From Amoebidium appalachense (Eukaryota; Protista; Ichthyosporea): 64,000 nt of DNA. The stretch is from assembly GCA_963693365.1 (NCBI GenBank), contig CAVNZM010000006.1, positions 2,232,001 to 2,296,000 on the forward strand, read 5' to 3'. How positions within the stretch are numbered: the stretch's first letter is position 1; every line of letters begins with the position of its first letter. Of this stretch, positions 39,416 through 52,756 are shown one piece after another. The notes below the pieces were generated by a model that was not told the origin of the DNA, searched no databases, and was given only the letters and a program-made list of their open reading frames with translations. The position numbers and the translations under genes are program-made.

Positions 39416-40247
39416 TTATGCGGCTAGTGTGAGTTGGTTGTGTGTTTGTTCTAATCGATGTGGGAAAGGTTTCTTGTCGCTTTGTGGCGTGTGAGTGTTT
39501 TCCATGGGTGTGGCTGACTTGCATCTGGGTTGGTGGTGAAGCCAAGGGCAGCTTATATGCAAACCGAAGAACTTCCAGAAGACCGGCCAGAAAGTGGTGA
39601 GTCTAGTGGCTGCGTGTGCACAGTCACAACAGTAAAGTGCATCACAGACCGGCCATTCCACGCCGTTCTAATGCCTTCCTGCGGGTTCTGGCTTCCCAAC
39701 ACACCACGAACCAGGCTCGTGTGTGCACTGTGTCATGCCCCCTGCAGCTAGCCGAAGGCAAGCACGTGGAGCCTTGAGAGCCGGCCTGTCAGCCCGGAAA
39801 AGCTCACCCCCATGCAAATGCAAGGGAAGCCAAGTTGGATGGCTGCCCCAACACATACCTGCACGAGACACCTTGGGGTGGCATGGTTGAATGCGCTAAT
39901 TTTAGTTAATGGCTCAAGTGCACGGCCATCTAGAAACACCGGAGTTTCTAGATGGCCGTGCTCAAGTGCCACCCCTGTCACAAACACAGCCCTCCTCGCG
40001 CGTCAGTTGTACATGACACGGCTGATAGCTTGCCAGCTGGGAAAGTGGAGAAAGGGGGGGGGGGGGGGGAATGATAGTTGCAAGGCTGGCTGTGCGTGAT
40101 AGGAACTACAGAAAGCCTTGTCGCGAAAAACTATTGTAGAAACCATGCATCTGCATGCAAGCCTTGCCATGCAAGGCTGTTCATGAATCTTGTCCGCGGC
40201 TCAGATCTAGAGTCACTCAGTCACAGACTCACAGTGACACTCACAAT

Positions 40248-41292
40248 TAAGGGTATGTACATCTATCTGGAAATTCTCGAGAAATTTAGGTACCTTGCCG
40301 GAAAGGAAAGTTGCCGGAAAGATAGGTGAAATTTTGGGAAAGGAGCGAGAAATTTAGGATATCGTGGGATAGATGATCTTGTTTGATCCGAGCGATCTAT
40401 CTCGGGAATTTCGAAAAAAGTAGGCCGGAAAGATCCAAATTTCTCGTGGTCTAGGGGTATGTATGTGGTGGATAGGGTATGGTTTACCGGCTTTTGCCCT
40501 CTTCCTTTGGAAGGCACATGATTGGACTGCAAGACTCGTAAACAAACCAAAAAAGGTGGGAGTCTTAACCATGTCCAATGACACTGTTTTCCTGAGAGAG
40601 GGGCGATGGGATTGTTTGTAATCCAATCAAAGTGAGCATAACAAGAGCTTGACCGTAGGCTACAATAACTATAATTGACCGGGCCCGCCAGTGCAGCCTA
40701 AGCACCACTTTAAAAAATTTACTCTTGGAGGGAAACGATTGTAGTGGCTGAAATCGCAAGATTAATGTAATTGGCAGCATTCAACCAATGAAAACAAATG
40801 TTTGCAAGCGATTGTTGACACTTTGGAAGGGTATATATGCTGTAACTTGCAATTGCACTTGACAGAAACACCGTACGATTTCTACTTGTACTCGAATCTC
40901 TTCAAAATGGCCTCATTCTCTGCTGCAGCTGTCAGCATTACGAAACGTAAAAGTACCACTTCCACTTTTCTGGTGGCCGATCTCATTGCCACTGAGCCCA
41001 CCAACCATGAAGTGTGTGCGCGTGTGCACGTGTGTGCCTGTGTACACTTTGTGCGCGTGCGTGTGTATGTGTTTATGGCGAGAAATTTCGAAAGAAATTT
41101 AGGTAGCTTTCGAGAAAGACGGGAAATTTCTTGGAAAGATAGGTACCTGGTGGGAAAGATTTTGGGAAAGATAGGTTCATTTTTCAAGAATTTCCGGGAA
41201 AGGATCTGGGAAAGTTAGGTCGATTTTGGGAAAGATTGGGAAAAATCTAAAAGAAAGATAGGCTTTTTTTTAGATAGATTTACATACCCTTA
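40248..41292. mobile_element. Non-autonomous hAT-like DNA transposon (MITE)
   Basis: 21-bp TIRs TAAGGGTATGTA(C/A)ATCTATCT, 8-bp TSD CTCACAAT, many subterminal GAAAGATAGG motifs, no transposase. Confidence 0.9.
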
Positions 41293-41786
41293 CTCACAAT
41301 TGCTGAGAAGCCAATCAGATCTATCTGTTCTAATAGGCATAAACAAAGGCTGATAGCAAGCCAATTGTCGATCTAAACAGAAATGAATACATTCCTGCTC
41401 AGATCTGTGGCTCCGGGTCCGAGACTCCTCAACTCAACTCCAAGTCCCCAACACCGCCGTGAACGCCCTTACATAGGCAACACAGCGGCCAACGATTGGG
41501 CAGCTTTAGGGTGAGAAAATCGTGTGCGTGCCACTGGGTGGCTATGATCCGATATTGATATCGATATCGATGCAGGCCGAGCGCCGCTGTCGACATGTCG
41601 GTTGCCCACATTTCTTTGTCCTCCAAGAATGTGTGTATCACCGACGGCCGTGTACTATGATGTAGATTGTAGGCCCTATACACTGGCAGGCTCTGTCCTT
41701 GAACCGTGCACTTTGTACACTCTTTTTGAGTTATTCTCATACTAAAAGAAGAAAAGTTATTCAGGGATTTTTTTGAGGAACCGCCG

Positions 41787-41819
<33 letters not shown>

Positions 41820-43602
41820 AGGAACACAAACCCTGCCAGTCACCGTTGCAGCACTTGAAATTTTGTCCCGAACTTTATGAAGTTCGAATAGCTAGCGATC
41901 ACTGATTGGCTGGCCCATGAGCCATTTTGTCCCGGCCAGGGTTCGAAGGACGGTGGAGCCCATTAACGGAAGTCGAAATCCCGTTTCGGAAAACCTCTTC
42001 GAAAATCGGAATGCTCCGTCAAAGCAGGCCCACCAAAAATCGTAATCGTCGCGCATCAGTAAACTAGGGCATGCTTATTTGTGCCTATAATGCATCAAAA
42101 TGTTATTATAGTGCATACTCAAAAACCCCTGTGGTCATTAGAGGCCTTCCTGGTGTTGGCAGTTGAAGCTTTGAAGGAATAAAAGGGAAATATGAAGTGC
42201 ATTAATGCACACACTATATATATACATTTTGTCTACGTATACAAGTAGGTCTGTGCGCCGGCTGTCGCCGGCGCCAAAACATAACGAGACAGTTATGGAT
42301 GTTGGGTTGTGTGGTTGTTACCTCCCTCTCCCCTCCCCCCCCCCCGGCCCCCCCCCCTCCCTCGCCTCACGCTTCCCCCCCCCCCCCCCCCCCCCCTGGC
42401 CCCCCCACCTCACACTTCCTCCCCCCCTCCCCCCCCCCCCCCCCCCCCAAAATCCTGCAGTTGCTGGATCTGCCAAATGTTATGACCCTTTTCCCTTTCA
42501 TTTACCCCCCCCCCCCCCCCCCCTCTCCCCCCCCCCCTTTCTTGCCACACTGTGTTATCAGTCTAGGGCCGGGAGAGATTGCCATTGCCGAAGTACCAAG
42601 TTTACTTGTGGTCCTCCAAAAACATGTAGCTGAAAACCACCAAGTGCAATATGTTCTAAATTGCTTGCAAAATTTTTATAATATTTTTATTATTTTGTTG
42701 TTTTACTTATTTTACAGAACTGTTTGGTAACCCAATGATATGCATGGACAGTGTCGTATCCTATTATATGTGTACTAGAGACGCGGCACTCTACTGAGTG
42801 TACACACACGAAAAGGAACGAACGTGTACGGAAAAACGGTAAAGTTTATTCAGACCAGGCTCCGACGGGCAAACTTAGATCCGTACGGAATGAGACTAAG
42901 TTACAACTGAGGCCATCAAGGCCGTGCCCTCAAAGATCATCATCACCTGGCCCCCTACGATGCCACATTCCAAACATTCCGATCTACTTTTATCGTGCGC
43001 CTGCACGAGCTAAGTCGATCTACTCAACTAATATATTTATCCATGTCTCACCCCTCACCCTCCCCCTAGTGGCACCGCAGAGTCTAAATCTACATTTCAT
43101 ATTATCCCCCCCCCCCCCCTCCCCCCCTTTCCTTTACATCTAAATATATAAATACGTTTGGCAACAAACACTATCAAACCTTGCCAATACTTACAAAAGG
43201 GCTTCTGCCCGAACAATCACATTCCTAAGTCCTCCTACGATCTATCCTACACACTAATTAGAATTCTATTGGACGGCTGTCCCGGCTGACGTGGTCCAAT
43301 GCCCTGCGCCGGCAGAGGCAAGATGCACGCAGCTGTACAGCTATCTTGAGGCCCCGGACTTGATCTTGATGATCTGTGGACCCGGGCCACCCCCCCCCCC
43401 CCCCCCCCCCCCCGATCTCGATCGTAGACTTAGGCTAATCTGCTGAGACGGATTAGTATATGTCAACTCCCCCCCCGGCCCCCGGAAAAGCTGAGTCCCA
43501 CCTCAGTCACATTACATCTAACACCCCCTAAAAAGACACAGACTAATCAGTCTCCTAAAAAAAAAAAATTAAATTAAATAAATTACGAAGAAAAATAATA
43601 AA

Positions 43603-45468
43603 TTAATCTACACCATAAGCTTGATACCTACGGAGACACCTATGATAATAAATTAGATTCCTACGACTACGTTCACACTCCTCCTCGGTCTCCTCCCCCC
43701 CTCCCCGGGCCCCTCCCCCCGTGTGTCTACGTGTATTTGCATCACTCCCCCCCCCGGCCCCCTCCCCCACCGACTTTTTCACACCACGATTAAACTGAGG
43801 AATAACTCTCTTTGGCCTAGAGGGAGCACTAGGCAACTCCCTCTGCACTAATCTAGCCTCATAAGCACGAATAGAAAACGGGCAGTCCAAATGAAACTCA
43901 GGCAACCACTGATCTTCCTGATAACCTCCCTCAAAACGAATTAAATAATAATTTACCTTACCTTCCTTACCTTCGATCACCTTTTTATCCATAATTTTAT
44001 CTACTGCAGCCTCCGATACATCCACCGACCCGTCATAGTCGGGGGTGAATGCATCTAACACTCGACGGCCCTCCGGCCGTTTAACCCTAAGGGCCCTATC
44101 ATAATATTCCTTTATATCATCTACATTATAAAATCTAACATCACTCTCATTATCTAACCTCTGCACCTTATATTCCGTCGGACCTAACCTAGCCACTATT
44201 TTATACGGGCCAATGAAAAGAGGCAACCATTTCTTACCATACTTACGAAGACCTTCACCTTCACCCTTACCTTCCTGCTCCTGCTTATATCTCTTTTTCC
44301 TAGTATGATCCCTAATTAAAACTAAAGTACCCTCGGCAAATTCACGTAACGGACGTGTGGACACGTCTGCACGTGTCTGTGCCTGCTGTGTACGGGCCAG
44401 AGCTGCATCACGTGCAGCCCGGGCCCGGGTTAGTAGCTGCTCCCGGAACTCAGTCCAGTGGGGATAAGTTAGTCGGTCAGCCCCCCCCATCGGCAAAAGT
44501 GCCGTATCTAACAAACTAATAGCCTCCTGCCCATAGACCAAATAAAACGGAGAAAAACCAGTCACAGCATGAGGGGTAGAATTATATGAATGAGCAATAA
44601 ACCTAGACATATGATCCCAATCATTAGCCTCCACATCCACCATTTTGCCAAAGGACTTCTGAAACACTGCATGCACACGTTCAGAGATGGCATTTGCTTG
44701 AGGGTGATATGCAGACGTAGTGATATGAGCTACCCTTAAGATTTTACACACCTCCGACACCAACTGATTTAAAAACACACGACTCCTATCCGTTAACAAA
44801 ACACGAGGACAACCAAACCTAAGACAAATTTCATCCACAAAAATACGAGCAAACAAAACGGCATTAGCAGTGGGGAGAGGAAAAACTTCAACCCAACGAG
44901 TGGCCACATCGGTGACGGTAACAAGAACAGTGTTACCCTCAACCGTAGAATTAAAAGGACCGACCACATCCACTGCTACCCTTTCAAACATACGAACATT
45001 AAAATCCCTAATAAACGACGGGCGGGAACGAGAGTGGGGACTCTCATTCCTTTCCTGACAATGCATGCATGACAACACATAATCCCTCACCTCCCTACTC
45101 ATACCCGGCCAAAAATACGAACGATTAACACGAAGCAACGTCCTATTTACACCTAAATGACCAGCCATGGGATGCTCATGCACCATATGCAAAACCTCAG
45201 GCACAAGTGCCGTCGGGACCCAAACTCGGTGTCCGTCTGGCCCAGAACAATGATAAACTAAATCCTGCTCTACCTGACACATTTTTGCTAACTTAGCTAC
45301 CTTAATCATCTGCCTTTTATTTTTAAATTTAATCGAATCAACCGGCCCCTTTAAATAATTCTTAACCAGACCAATCAACACATCTTCCTCCTGAGCTAAG
45401 ATCAAAGCCGTAGGTGCTAAGGCAGGGGCAGAGCCATGAGACTCGGTCCCGACCTCAGACACTGACAA
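43603..45468 (-). CDS. Gypsy integrase with HHCC zinc finger, DDE core, GPY/F motif and C-terminal chromodomain
   Basis: HEHPMAGHLG...CMHC, VAVDVVGP, LLTDRS, AYHPQANAISER, FIGPYKIV and VDKIMDKK..YYLIRFEGGYQEDQWLPEFHL. Confidence 0.95.
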   Translation of the reverse strand: MSVSEVGTESHGSAPALAPTALILAQEEDVLIGLVKNYLKGPVDSIKFKNKRQMIKVAKLAKMCQVEQDLVYHCSGPDGHRVWVPTALVPEVLHMVHEHPMAGHLGVNRTLLRVNRSYFWPGMSREVRDYVLSCMHCQERNESPHSRSRPSFIRDFNVRMFERVAVDVVGPFNSTVEGNTVLVTVTDVATRWVEVFPLPTANAVLFARIFVDEICLRFGCPRVLLTDRSRVFLNQLVSEVCKILRVAHITTSAYHPQANAISERVHAVFQKSFGKMVDVEANDWDHMSRFIAHSYNSTPHAVTGFSPFYLVYGQEAISLLDTALLPMGGADRLTYPHWTEFREQLLTRARAARDAALARTQQAQTRADVSTRPLREFAEGTLVLIRDHTRKKRYKQEQEGKGEGEGLRKYGKKWLPLFIGPYKIVARLGPTEYKVQRLDNESDVRFYNVDDIKEYYDRALRVKRPEGRRVLDAFTPDYDGSVDVSEAAVDKIMDKKVIEGKEGKVNYYLIRFEGGYQEDQWLPEFHLDCPFSIRAYEARLVQRELPSAPSRPKRVIPQFNRGVKKSVGEGAGGGSDANTRRHTGGGARGGGEETEEECERSRRNLIYYHRCLRRYQAYGVD

Positions 45469-45558
45469 ATACCTCCCCCCCCTCCCCTACACTTATAAGC
45501 AAGCAACCCCGGAACCCAAGAAGACACATCCACAGACACAGCATCTATTCCTTTCTGC

Positions 45559-47132
45559 TCACTCTCCCCCCCTTCCCCCCCTCCCCCCCCGTCTCTCACT
45601 ATCCCCCCCCTCCCCCTCCTTCTCTTCTTCAAACAAAATATAAGCAGCACGAGAGAGAGCATCACAGTCAACCATTGTTTCACCCTTGGCATAAAACAAT
45701 TTATAGGAGAACTCACCGAGAGCCGCGGCCCACTTCTGCATCCTCTCGTTGACCAGACGAGTGGTGCCGGCCATGGCTAGGCAGGGCTTGTGGTCGGTGT
45801 AGACCTCAAACGTCCTGCCTGCGAGTATATACCTCCATGCCTGTGAGACTGCCCAAAAGATAGCATGGGACTCTCTCTCCGGATTGCTATATCTACGTTC
45901 ACTTTTACTAAATGAACGACTAGCATAAGCAATCACTCTATCCTGCCCCTCCTGCACTTGATATAACACGGCCCCCTCAGCAACCTTACTTGCATCACAC
46001 CGAACTTTAAACATCCCCCCCCGGCCGAAAAATCAGGATGAACAAGCATACTCGAAGACTGCAAAGCTAACTTAAGCTTTTCGAAAGCAGAAACAGCATC
46101 AACATTCCAATCTATTCTATTCTTCTTCTCCCCCCCCGTCTGACTAGTTAACGGCAAAGCAAGCATACTATAATCCTTAATATAACGACGAAGATAATTA
46201 GTTAAACCTAAAAATTGCCTTAGTTGAGTGACAGTCTGAGGACGGGGCCACTCAACTATGGCCCGGATTTTCTCCGGATCAGGGGAAAGACCATTACTAG
46301 ACACAATATGACCTAAAAACTTAACCTCCGGCACACCAATCACAGTCTTGCTACCGCTAATGCGAAGACCAGACTCACCCAAAGCTAAAAATACTTTTTC
46401 ACAATTATTAACTAGCTCCTCAAATGACCTACCTTTAATTAAAACATCATCCAAATAAGGGTGGCATACATCCAAATGAGGGTGGAGAATTTTATACATT
46501 ACCCGGCACAACATAGCTGGAGAGGAGAGCAAACCCATCGGCACCACCTTGTACTGGAACAGCTGGTCACCCAGTGCAAAGGCGGTCTTCTCCTTGCTGC
46601 TCTCCTCCAACCTTATCTGCCAAAAAGCTGCTTTTAAATCAAGTTTAGCAAAGTGAGTATAGCCGTGCAGCTGTGAAAGCTGCTCGTCTATGTTAGGGAG
46701 AGGCCATTGGTCTGCCTCAGTGATCCGATTCAGAGCCCTGTAATCGTTCACTAGACGCCAAGACCCGTCGGGCTTCTTAACCAATAGCACCGGACTTCTC
46801 CACGGACTCGAACTATGCTCCACATGACCCTTTTTTAACATATCACTCGCTATTATTAGCGCATCCGACAATTTATACTGCTCCATTCTATAGCTAGGCA
46901 TCACTACCGGCCTATTATCACCTGTGTCGATCTGCCTTTCAAACCCTTTAACGAAGCCTACTTCGTTATCATCGGCCAGAAATGCAAACCGAGTCCTATC
47001 AAATAACTTAGCTAGCAATGTTTTCTGTTCTACCGTCCAATCCCCCTCCTTCATACCAAACGGCAATACTAACTCCGGGTTACCCCCATCACAAGTGGAT
47101 GCATCCTTATTCACCGGAGTGCCACTTAACAT
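45559..47132 (-). pseudogene. Gypsy reverse transcriptase and RNase H (frameshifted at a G8 run, ~46015-46022)
   Basis: SPWRSPVLLVKKPDGSWRLVNDYRALN, DLKAAFWQI, YLDD, FLGH, RQFLGLTNY. RNase H CDAS...ERES...YTDHK lies in an adjacent frame. Confidence 0.93.
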
Positions 47133-47800
47133 TTCACCTCCTGTATTACATCGGTGCTGCTCGGGGTGAGGTGGAGGTACCTCCGGATATAGGCGGTCAC
47201 CCTTAGCACCCCCCCTCCCCCCGGCACACCCATGCCCCCGGGCAATTCCTGATGAGTTAGTGCATGTATGTGGGGGGCCAGGTCTGTGGCCACCCTGCCC
47301 CCCACGGTGTTGGTTAATCCGTCAGATCCACGGGTTAGACCAACACCCTCCCCCCCTGCCTGCACATTCTCACACCCGGGGTGACCCTCCTTCCTCTTGG
47401 GGGTCGGGGGAGTGGGACCGGTGCTGTCCCGGTCCCCCCCCCCATCGTGTCGGGTGACATTTTGGTGGCTAACGTTAAATAAAGTTGTTCCCCCTCCTCC
47501 TGAGTCACCCTTCGAGCCGGCATCCTCCTTTTGGGTAATAAGAGAGACCTCTATACTACCAATCTCATTAGTGAAACTACCGACGGAAACACCTGACCTA
47601 ATCACTATAGGCTCGATGCCCGGATAATCATTCACTAATTCTATTTCTATTGTCTTATCCGGCCATACCCTACTAAGGGTCCATTGGGCCACCTCCTGAA
47701 ATGGGGTTTTCGGAGTAAAAACCCCTAAATCCCCTATCCTAACATGATTGCCGGCCCGGACACGTACCGTTTGGCACTGATAAGGCTCGATTACTACTTC

Positions 47801-48548
47801 TGTTGTTTTTGTACGGGTCTACTGGGAGCAGAGTGCACAGAGGTGTGATGTAAAACACGACTAACACATTAATGAGAGGGCAATCGGAGTTGTTCACGAG
47901 ACATTGAAAGATTTCAAACAACAACTGATTCTTTATTGTGCTCTCGGTTCCTTTTGTACTTGCGACTTATCACCTTATCACAACTAAAGAGGGAGAACCA
48001 ATCGGTTCTATCAGAAGATAGAAAAACACATTCCGACAGAGCATACGCATTCCAACTTCCGATTAAACTAAAGTGTAGAAACTCTTACTTAAATAAATTA
48101 AGTAATTATACATCTAGTCACTATTAACTCACATATATATTTATGTTCGTCTCTATAAAGAAACTTATTTAAATACATATATTTCCTAACAGTCGACACT
48201 CTCAAAGTGAAGACACTTTGCAATAAACCGAATTCCATATATATCTATTGTCCAATCACAACACACATACATTAACAGACAGGAATGCACAACACAATCT
48301 ACAGATGTACTCGCTCGCGACTATTGGCGAGCCATCCTTTTGAGAACAAAACTAGGCCATTTTGAAATAAAGGAAAGACAACGAGTGAGGCTAGCCAATC
48401 ACGCTACCTCTCAGATAAACAGAGGAGAGCAAATAGAAATAAAACACAATAAGTTCTTATCAGGCAAGAGAGCCAGGTGTGCACAGATCTACAGATATCT
48501 GTGCCCACAGAAACAAGGGAGAGAGAGAGAGGGGGGGGGGGGGGGGGG

Positions 48549-48638
<90 letters not shown>

Positions 48639-51600
48639 GAGCACAAAGGAGGAAAGCAGACACGAATACAAACAAGCTAGGACACATACATACTTCAAGG
48701 CTCTTGCTGTCATACATGGTGACGTATTCCAACATCCCCACTCAAGGGGTTGAAGTTTGTGTTCTCGTGTCTGTTGATGTGACGGTAGATGGGGTCCAAA
48801 CACAGGAGGGGCCGTCACACTCAAGTTTCCCCACTCGAGGATGCAAACCGAAGATCCTTGAGGTGGGAAGGAGAGAATCAAAACTGAAGAGGCACACAAC
48901 GACGGTTGCCTCTGAAGACTCGAAATAAGAAATCATGGTGGTTATCGGCGATATATATATATAGATAGGAAACACTAGTGTATGTGTGACGTGTTGGTGG
49001 CTAATGGTTTATACTGGGGACCACCCAGGTAAACACAAGACATGAACATCTTGTGGACTGATTTATAGACTGGTGGTCAACCAGTTAAGACACGGGGAAG
49101 GTGCATCCCGTGGACTAGGTTTAGACTGGCAGTCAACCAGCACGTCATGGCTATAGATAATTATTTATACTGGGACGACATCCCAGTTCGACATATATAT
49201 AAGTCGAATATAGAAGAAAACCAATATATATGGTGGGATATGAATATAAATAAACGACGGATGGTGGAGAATAATCCCCACTGAAGATGCACACATATGA
49301 CGATGGAAGACTGAGTCCCCACTGATGAAGAGAAACGATGAGGAGTAGTAGACTTTCGTTGGGAGGCATCTTGATCACCGTAGGTGTGTCAACTGCTGTC
49401 CAGGCCCCAACCTACTCAGAAACCACTCGATGATGAACACCAGTGCACGGGTCAGTCACGGAGACTGAGGTTGGCACGGTGTGTGTCGTGGGCCGGACTA
49501 GCCAGAGGCTTGGTGAAGATGTCGGCCAGGTTCTTCTTGGTGTCGATGTAGTTGACGACTACATCAAGGCTGGGTCGGGAGATGCTCACCATAGCTGTGG
49601 CTGGCCGGAAGGAGAGACGGGAGGAACGACAGGGGACGGGACGGAGGGGCTCAGGGGCCGGGGGGGTGTCTGGGACAGACACTCGGGGTTCGGGAATGGG
49701 AGCCTGGAAGCCGGGGATGGGTGCCGTGTTGAGGGGGGAGTCGGATGACACGGGGCTGGACGGGGCCGAGTGGAGCTCCGGAGACCCAGGACGAACCGGG
49801 GTTAGATGACCAGGTACGTGGTCATTGACGGCAGGGGCCGGCAGCAGGGGTTGCTGGCCGGTGGGGGGGTGGGTGGGTGGACCCACGGGGGCAGGCACAC
49901 GACGGGGGGAACGACGGAGAATCACTGACTGAATCTCATCGTCATCGGAGTGAGGATCCAGGGACGGCAGTGATGGATCGATTGAGGTCGGCTGATTGGT
50001 GGCCGGCACAGAAATCTGATTGGATGCCGTGGTGAATTGTGATTCGTCGAAGACAGGGGCTTCGGAAACGGGGGCAGGCAGCACGGTAGGCTGGCTAGAA
50101 ACGTGGATGGGAACGGCCGGACCTGGCAGCACGTGTTGCTTGCCGGGGTCGGGGGGTAACGGGGGGGAAACAGCTGCAGGGGTAACTAGGGCCCGTGCAG
50201 GGTTTGGGGGAGCTGAGAGCTCGACGAGGCTGGCCACGTGATCGGAGGAAACTGCTGCCGGAATGCGGGGCAGATCAATGGAATGTGAGGGGTCCGGCGA
50301 CAGTGACGGCATGGTGGTGGGAACAGGGTTGGAAATCCTGGAAGGGAGCATGTTGGACGACATGGTAAACGGTTCTGGCAGGGACTCGGGGCCGGGACTC
50401 CTATGGAGTAGGAAAGCACAAAGTGCTTGGACTGTGTTGAACACGGGAGACTGGAAAGAAGTACCGAATTTGGGTACTTCAGATGGACTTGAGGGAGGAT
50501 AGTCAAGTCGGATCGAGACGGGGTGTCAAATGATCGTCGATCGGAATGGAGCCGGGGTTTGAAATTTGACGAGTGATTGGGATTTCGATGTTATGGAATG
50601 GGAGCCTCCGGGGCAGACAGGGAGGCGCGGTGGAGACCACGTCGGGACAGGGGGACACGTCATGAAGTGTCAAAGAAGAACTTGGAGCGCGACGGCAGAA
50701 CCAAGGGTGGAGGAAGGTTTGACGTGACGGAGAGGAACCAGGACGGAACTGGAAGGAGGGCAAGCTGAAACTTGCAAGGATGGCACGATTGTCAAGGCAT
50801 GACAGAAGCTCTTGTCAAGATGAGTCAGATCTTGTCAAGGGGAGTGACGGCGGACCGGTTACGGCCGGTCGCGGGAGGAGCCGAGAGGCTAGGTGACGGC
50901 GGGAAGTGCCAGAGACGGAATGTGCAGAAAAGCACAGACGGGTTTAGGGGACGCCAGGGAGAGATGTACACGGCCTCAGCACCAAGAGGAAGGGGGGGCG
51001 GCGTCAATTCACGGAATAGGTACTCAACGTTAACACGCAAGTGACCATTAGATGAGGTGCATGAGGAGCTGACCACAGCTAGTATGATGTGTACCAGGAA
51101 TTTAACGATTGCTAGTGTGTTGCGAGAGGGTGCGAAAACTGGGCCTTTAACCTGTTGTTGGGACAGGTATAAGGTTGCGAGAGTGTACAGAGGTGTCATG
51201 TAAAACACGACTAACACATTAATGAGAGGGCAATCGGAGTTGTTCACGAGACATTGAAAGATTTCAAACAACAACTGATTCTTTATTGTGCTCTCGGTTC
51301 CTTTTGTACTTGCGACTTATCACCTTATCACAACTAAAGAGGGAGAACCAATCGGTTCTATCAGAAGATAGAAAAACACATTCCGACAGAGCATACGCAT
51401 TCCAACTTCCGATTAAACTAAAGTGTAGAAACTCTTACTTAAATAAATTAAGTAATTATACATCTAGTCACTATTAACTCACATATATATTTATGTTCGT
51501 CTCTATAAAGAAACTTATTTAAATACATATATTTCCTAACAGTCGACACTCTCAAAGTGAAGACACTTTGCAATAAACCGAATTCCATATATATCTATTG

Positions 51601-51899
51601 TCCAATCACAACACACATACATTAACAGACAGGAATGCACAACACAATCTACAGATGTACTCGCTCGCGACTATTGGCGAGCCATCCTTTTGAGAACAAA
51701 ACTAGGCCATTTTGAAATAAAGGAAAGACAACGAGTGAGGCTAGCCAATCACGCTACCTCTCAGATAAACAGAGGAGAGCAAATAGAAATAAAACACAAT
51801 AAGTTCTTATCAGGCAAGAGAGCCAGGTGTGCACAGATCTACAGATATCTGTGCCCACAGAAACAAGGGAGAGAGAGATACAGGGGGGGGGGGGGGGGG

Positions 51900-51947
<48 letters not shown>

Positions 51948-52079
51948 GAGAGAGGGAGAGAGAGAGAGAGAGGGAGAGAGAGAGAGCACAAAGGAGGAAA
52001 GCAGACACGAATACAAACAAGCTAGGACACATACATACTTCAAGGCTCTTGCTGTCATACATGGTGACGTATTCCAACA
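47801..52079 (-). mobile_element. Internally deleted Ty1/copia element nested in the Gypsy pol (LTRs 51153-52079 and 47801-48734)
   Basis: ~930-bp direct repeats, TSD ACTTC, PBS-like GGTTAAAGGCCCAG and PPT TGAGTGGGGA. Removing the insert restores the Gypsy frame GARTVAEV|VIEPYQCQ. Confidence 0.93.
49452..50444 (-). pseudogene. Copia pol remnant: Pro-rich IN-RT linker fused to the RNase H C-terminus
   Basis: Ends in the copia-diagnostic VNYIDTKKNLADIFTKPL. No RT or integrase core is visible. Confidence 0.8.
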
Positions 52080-52756
52080 ACTTCAGCTACCGTTCTAGCA
52101 CCAGACTGATAACCGTCGAGCCCATCATGGGTTTTAATTTTAACGCCGGACTGCAATTCTAAAACATTCGTACGTTCAAACAAAGCATTCACATGTCTAC
52201 GGAAAAATGGGGCTCCCAACAAAACACTTTGAGCTAAATCCTTAACCACATAACAAGCAATATGCATAGCCTGGCCACCTATCTCACACGGCAACACACA
52301 AACACCTTCCACAGACATACTGCTATTATTAGCACTACCTAAGGCTGTGCTAGAAGCATCTAAAATAGGAATTTCCCCCCCGGCCTGATTAAAACGACGA
52401 ATAAACGAAGCATGCACACAATTAACCTGAGCCCCTCCATCGAGCAAAGCAACAGCCTTCAACTTACCATCAGCTAACCATACGTCTATATAATGCCGCC
52501 GGCTAAAACCAACTAAATCCTCCTCCAATTCAAGCAACACATCATCACTCACACCCAATCCCTGCCCACGAAGACTCACACCCTCGATACCTACGTGCAA
52601 CATACCTACCTGTGGTGCCTGCACGGGTGGGGTGGGGTGTGTATGTGATGTGGGTGGTGATGGAGTGGGTGTGTGTGGTGTGTGGGTGGGTGGTGTGTGT
52701 GGTTTTGGTGTATGTGTGGGTGTGTGTGTGGGTGTAGGTGTGTCTGCAACCGTCAT
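52080..52756 (-). pseudogene. Gypsy aspartic protease, interrupted downstream by the copia insertion
   Basis: ALLDGGAQVNCV active-site motif and VLLGAPFF. Confidence 0.9.

Noticed and set aside
42751-43143. 130-aa ORF, and duplicated ORFs at 47936/51286 and 16616/17376
   Set aside because: They lie within LTRs and are duplicated only because the LTRs are.
49322-49345. CTGATGA..GAAAC hammerhead-like core in the copia interior
   Set aside because: Only 3 nt lie between the motifs, so no stem II is possible, and there is no stem III partner.
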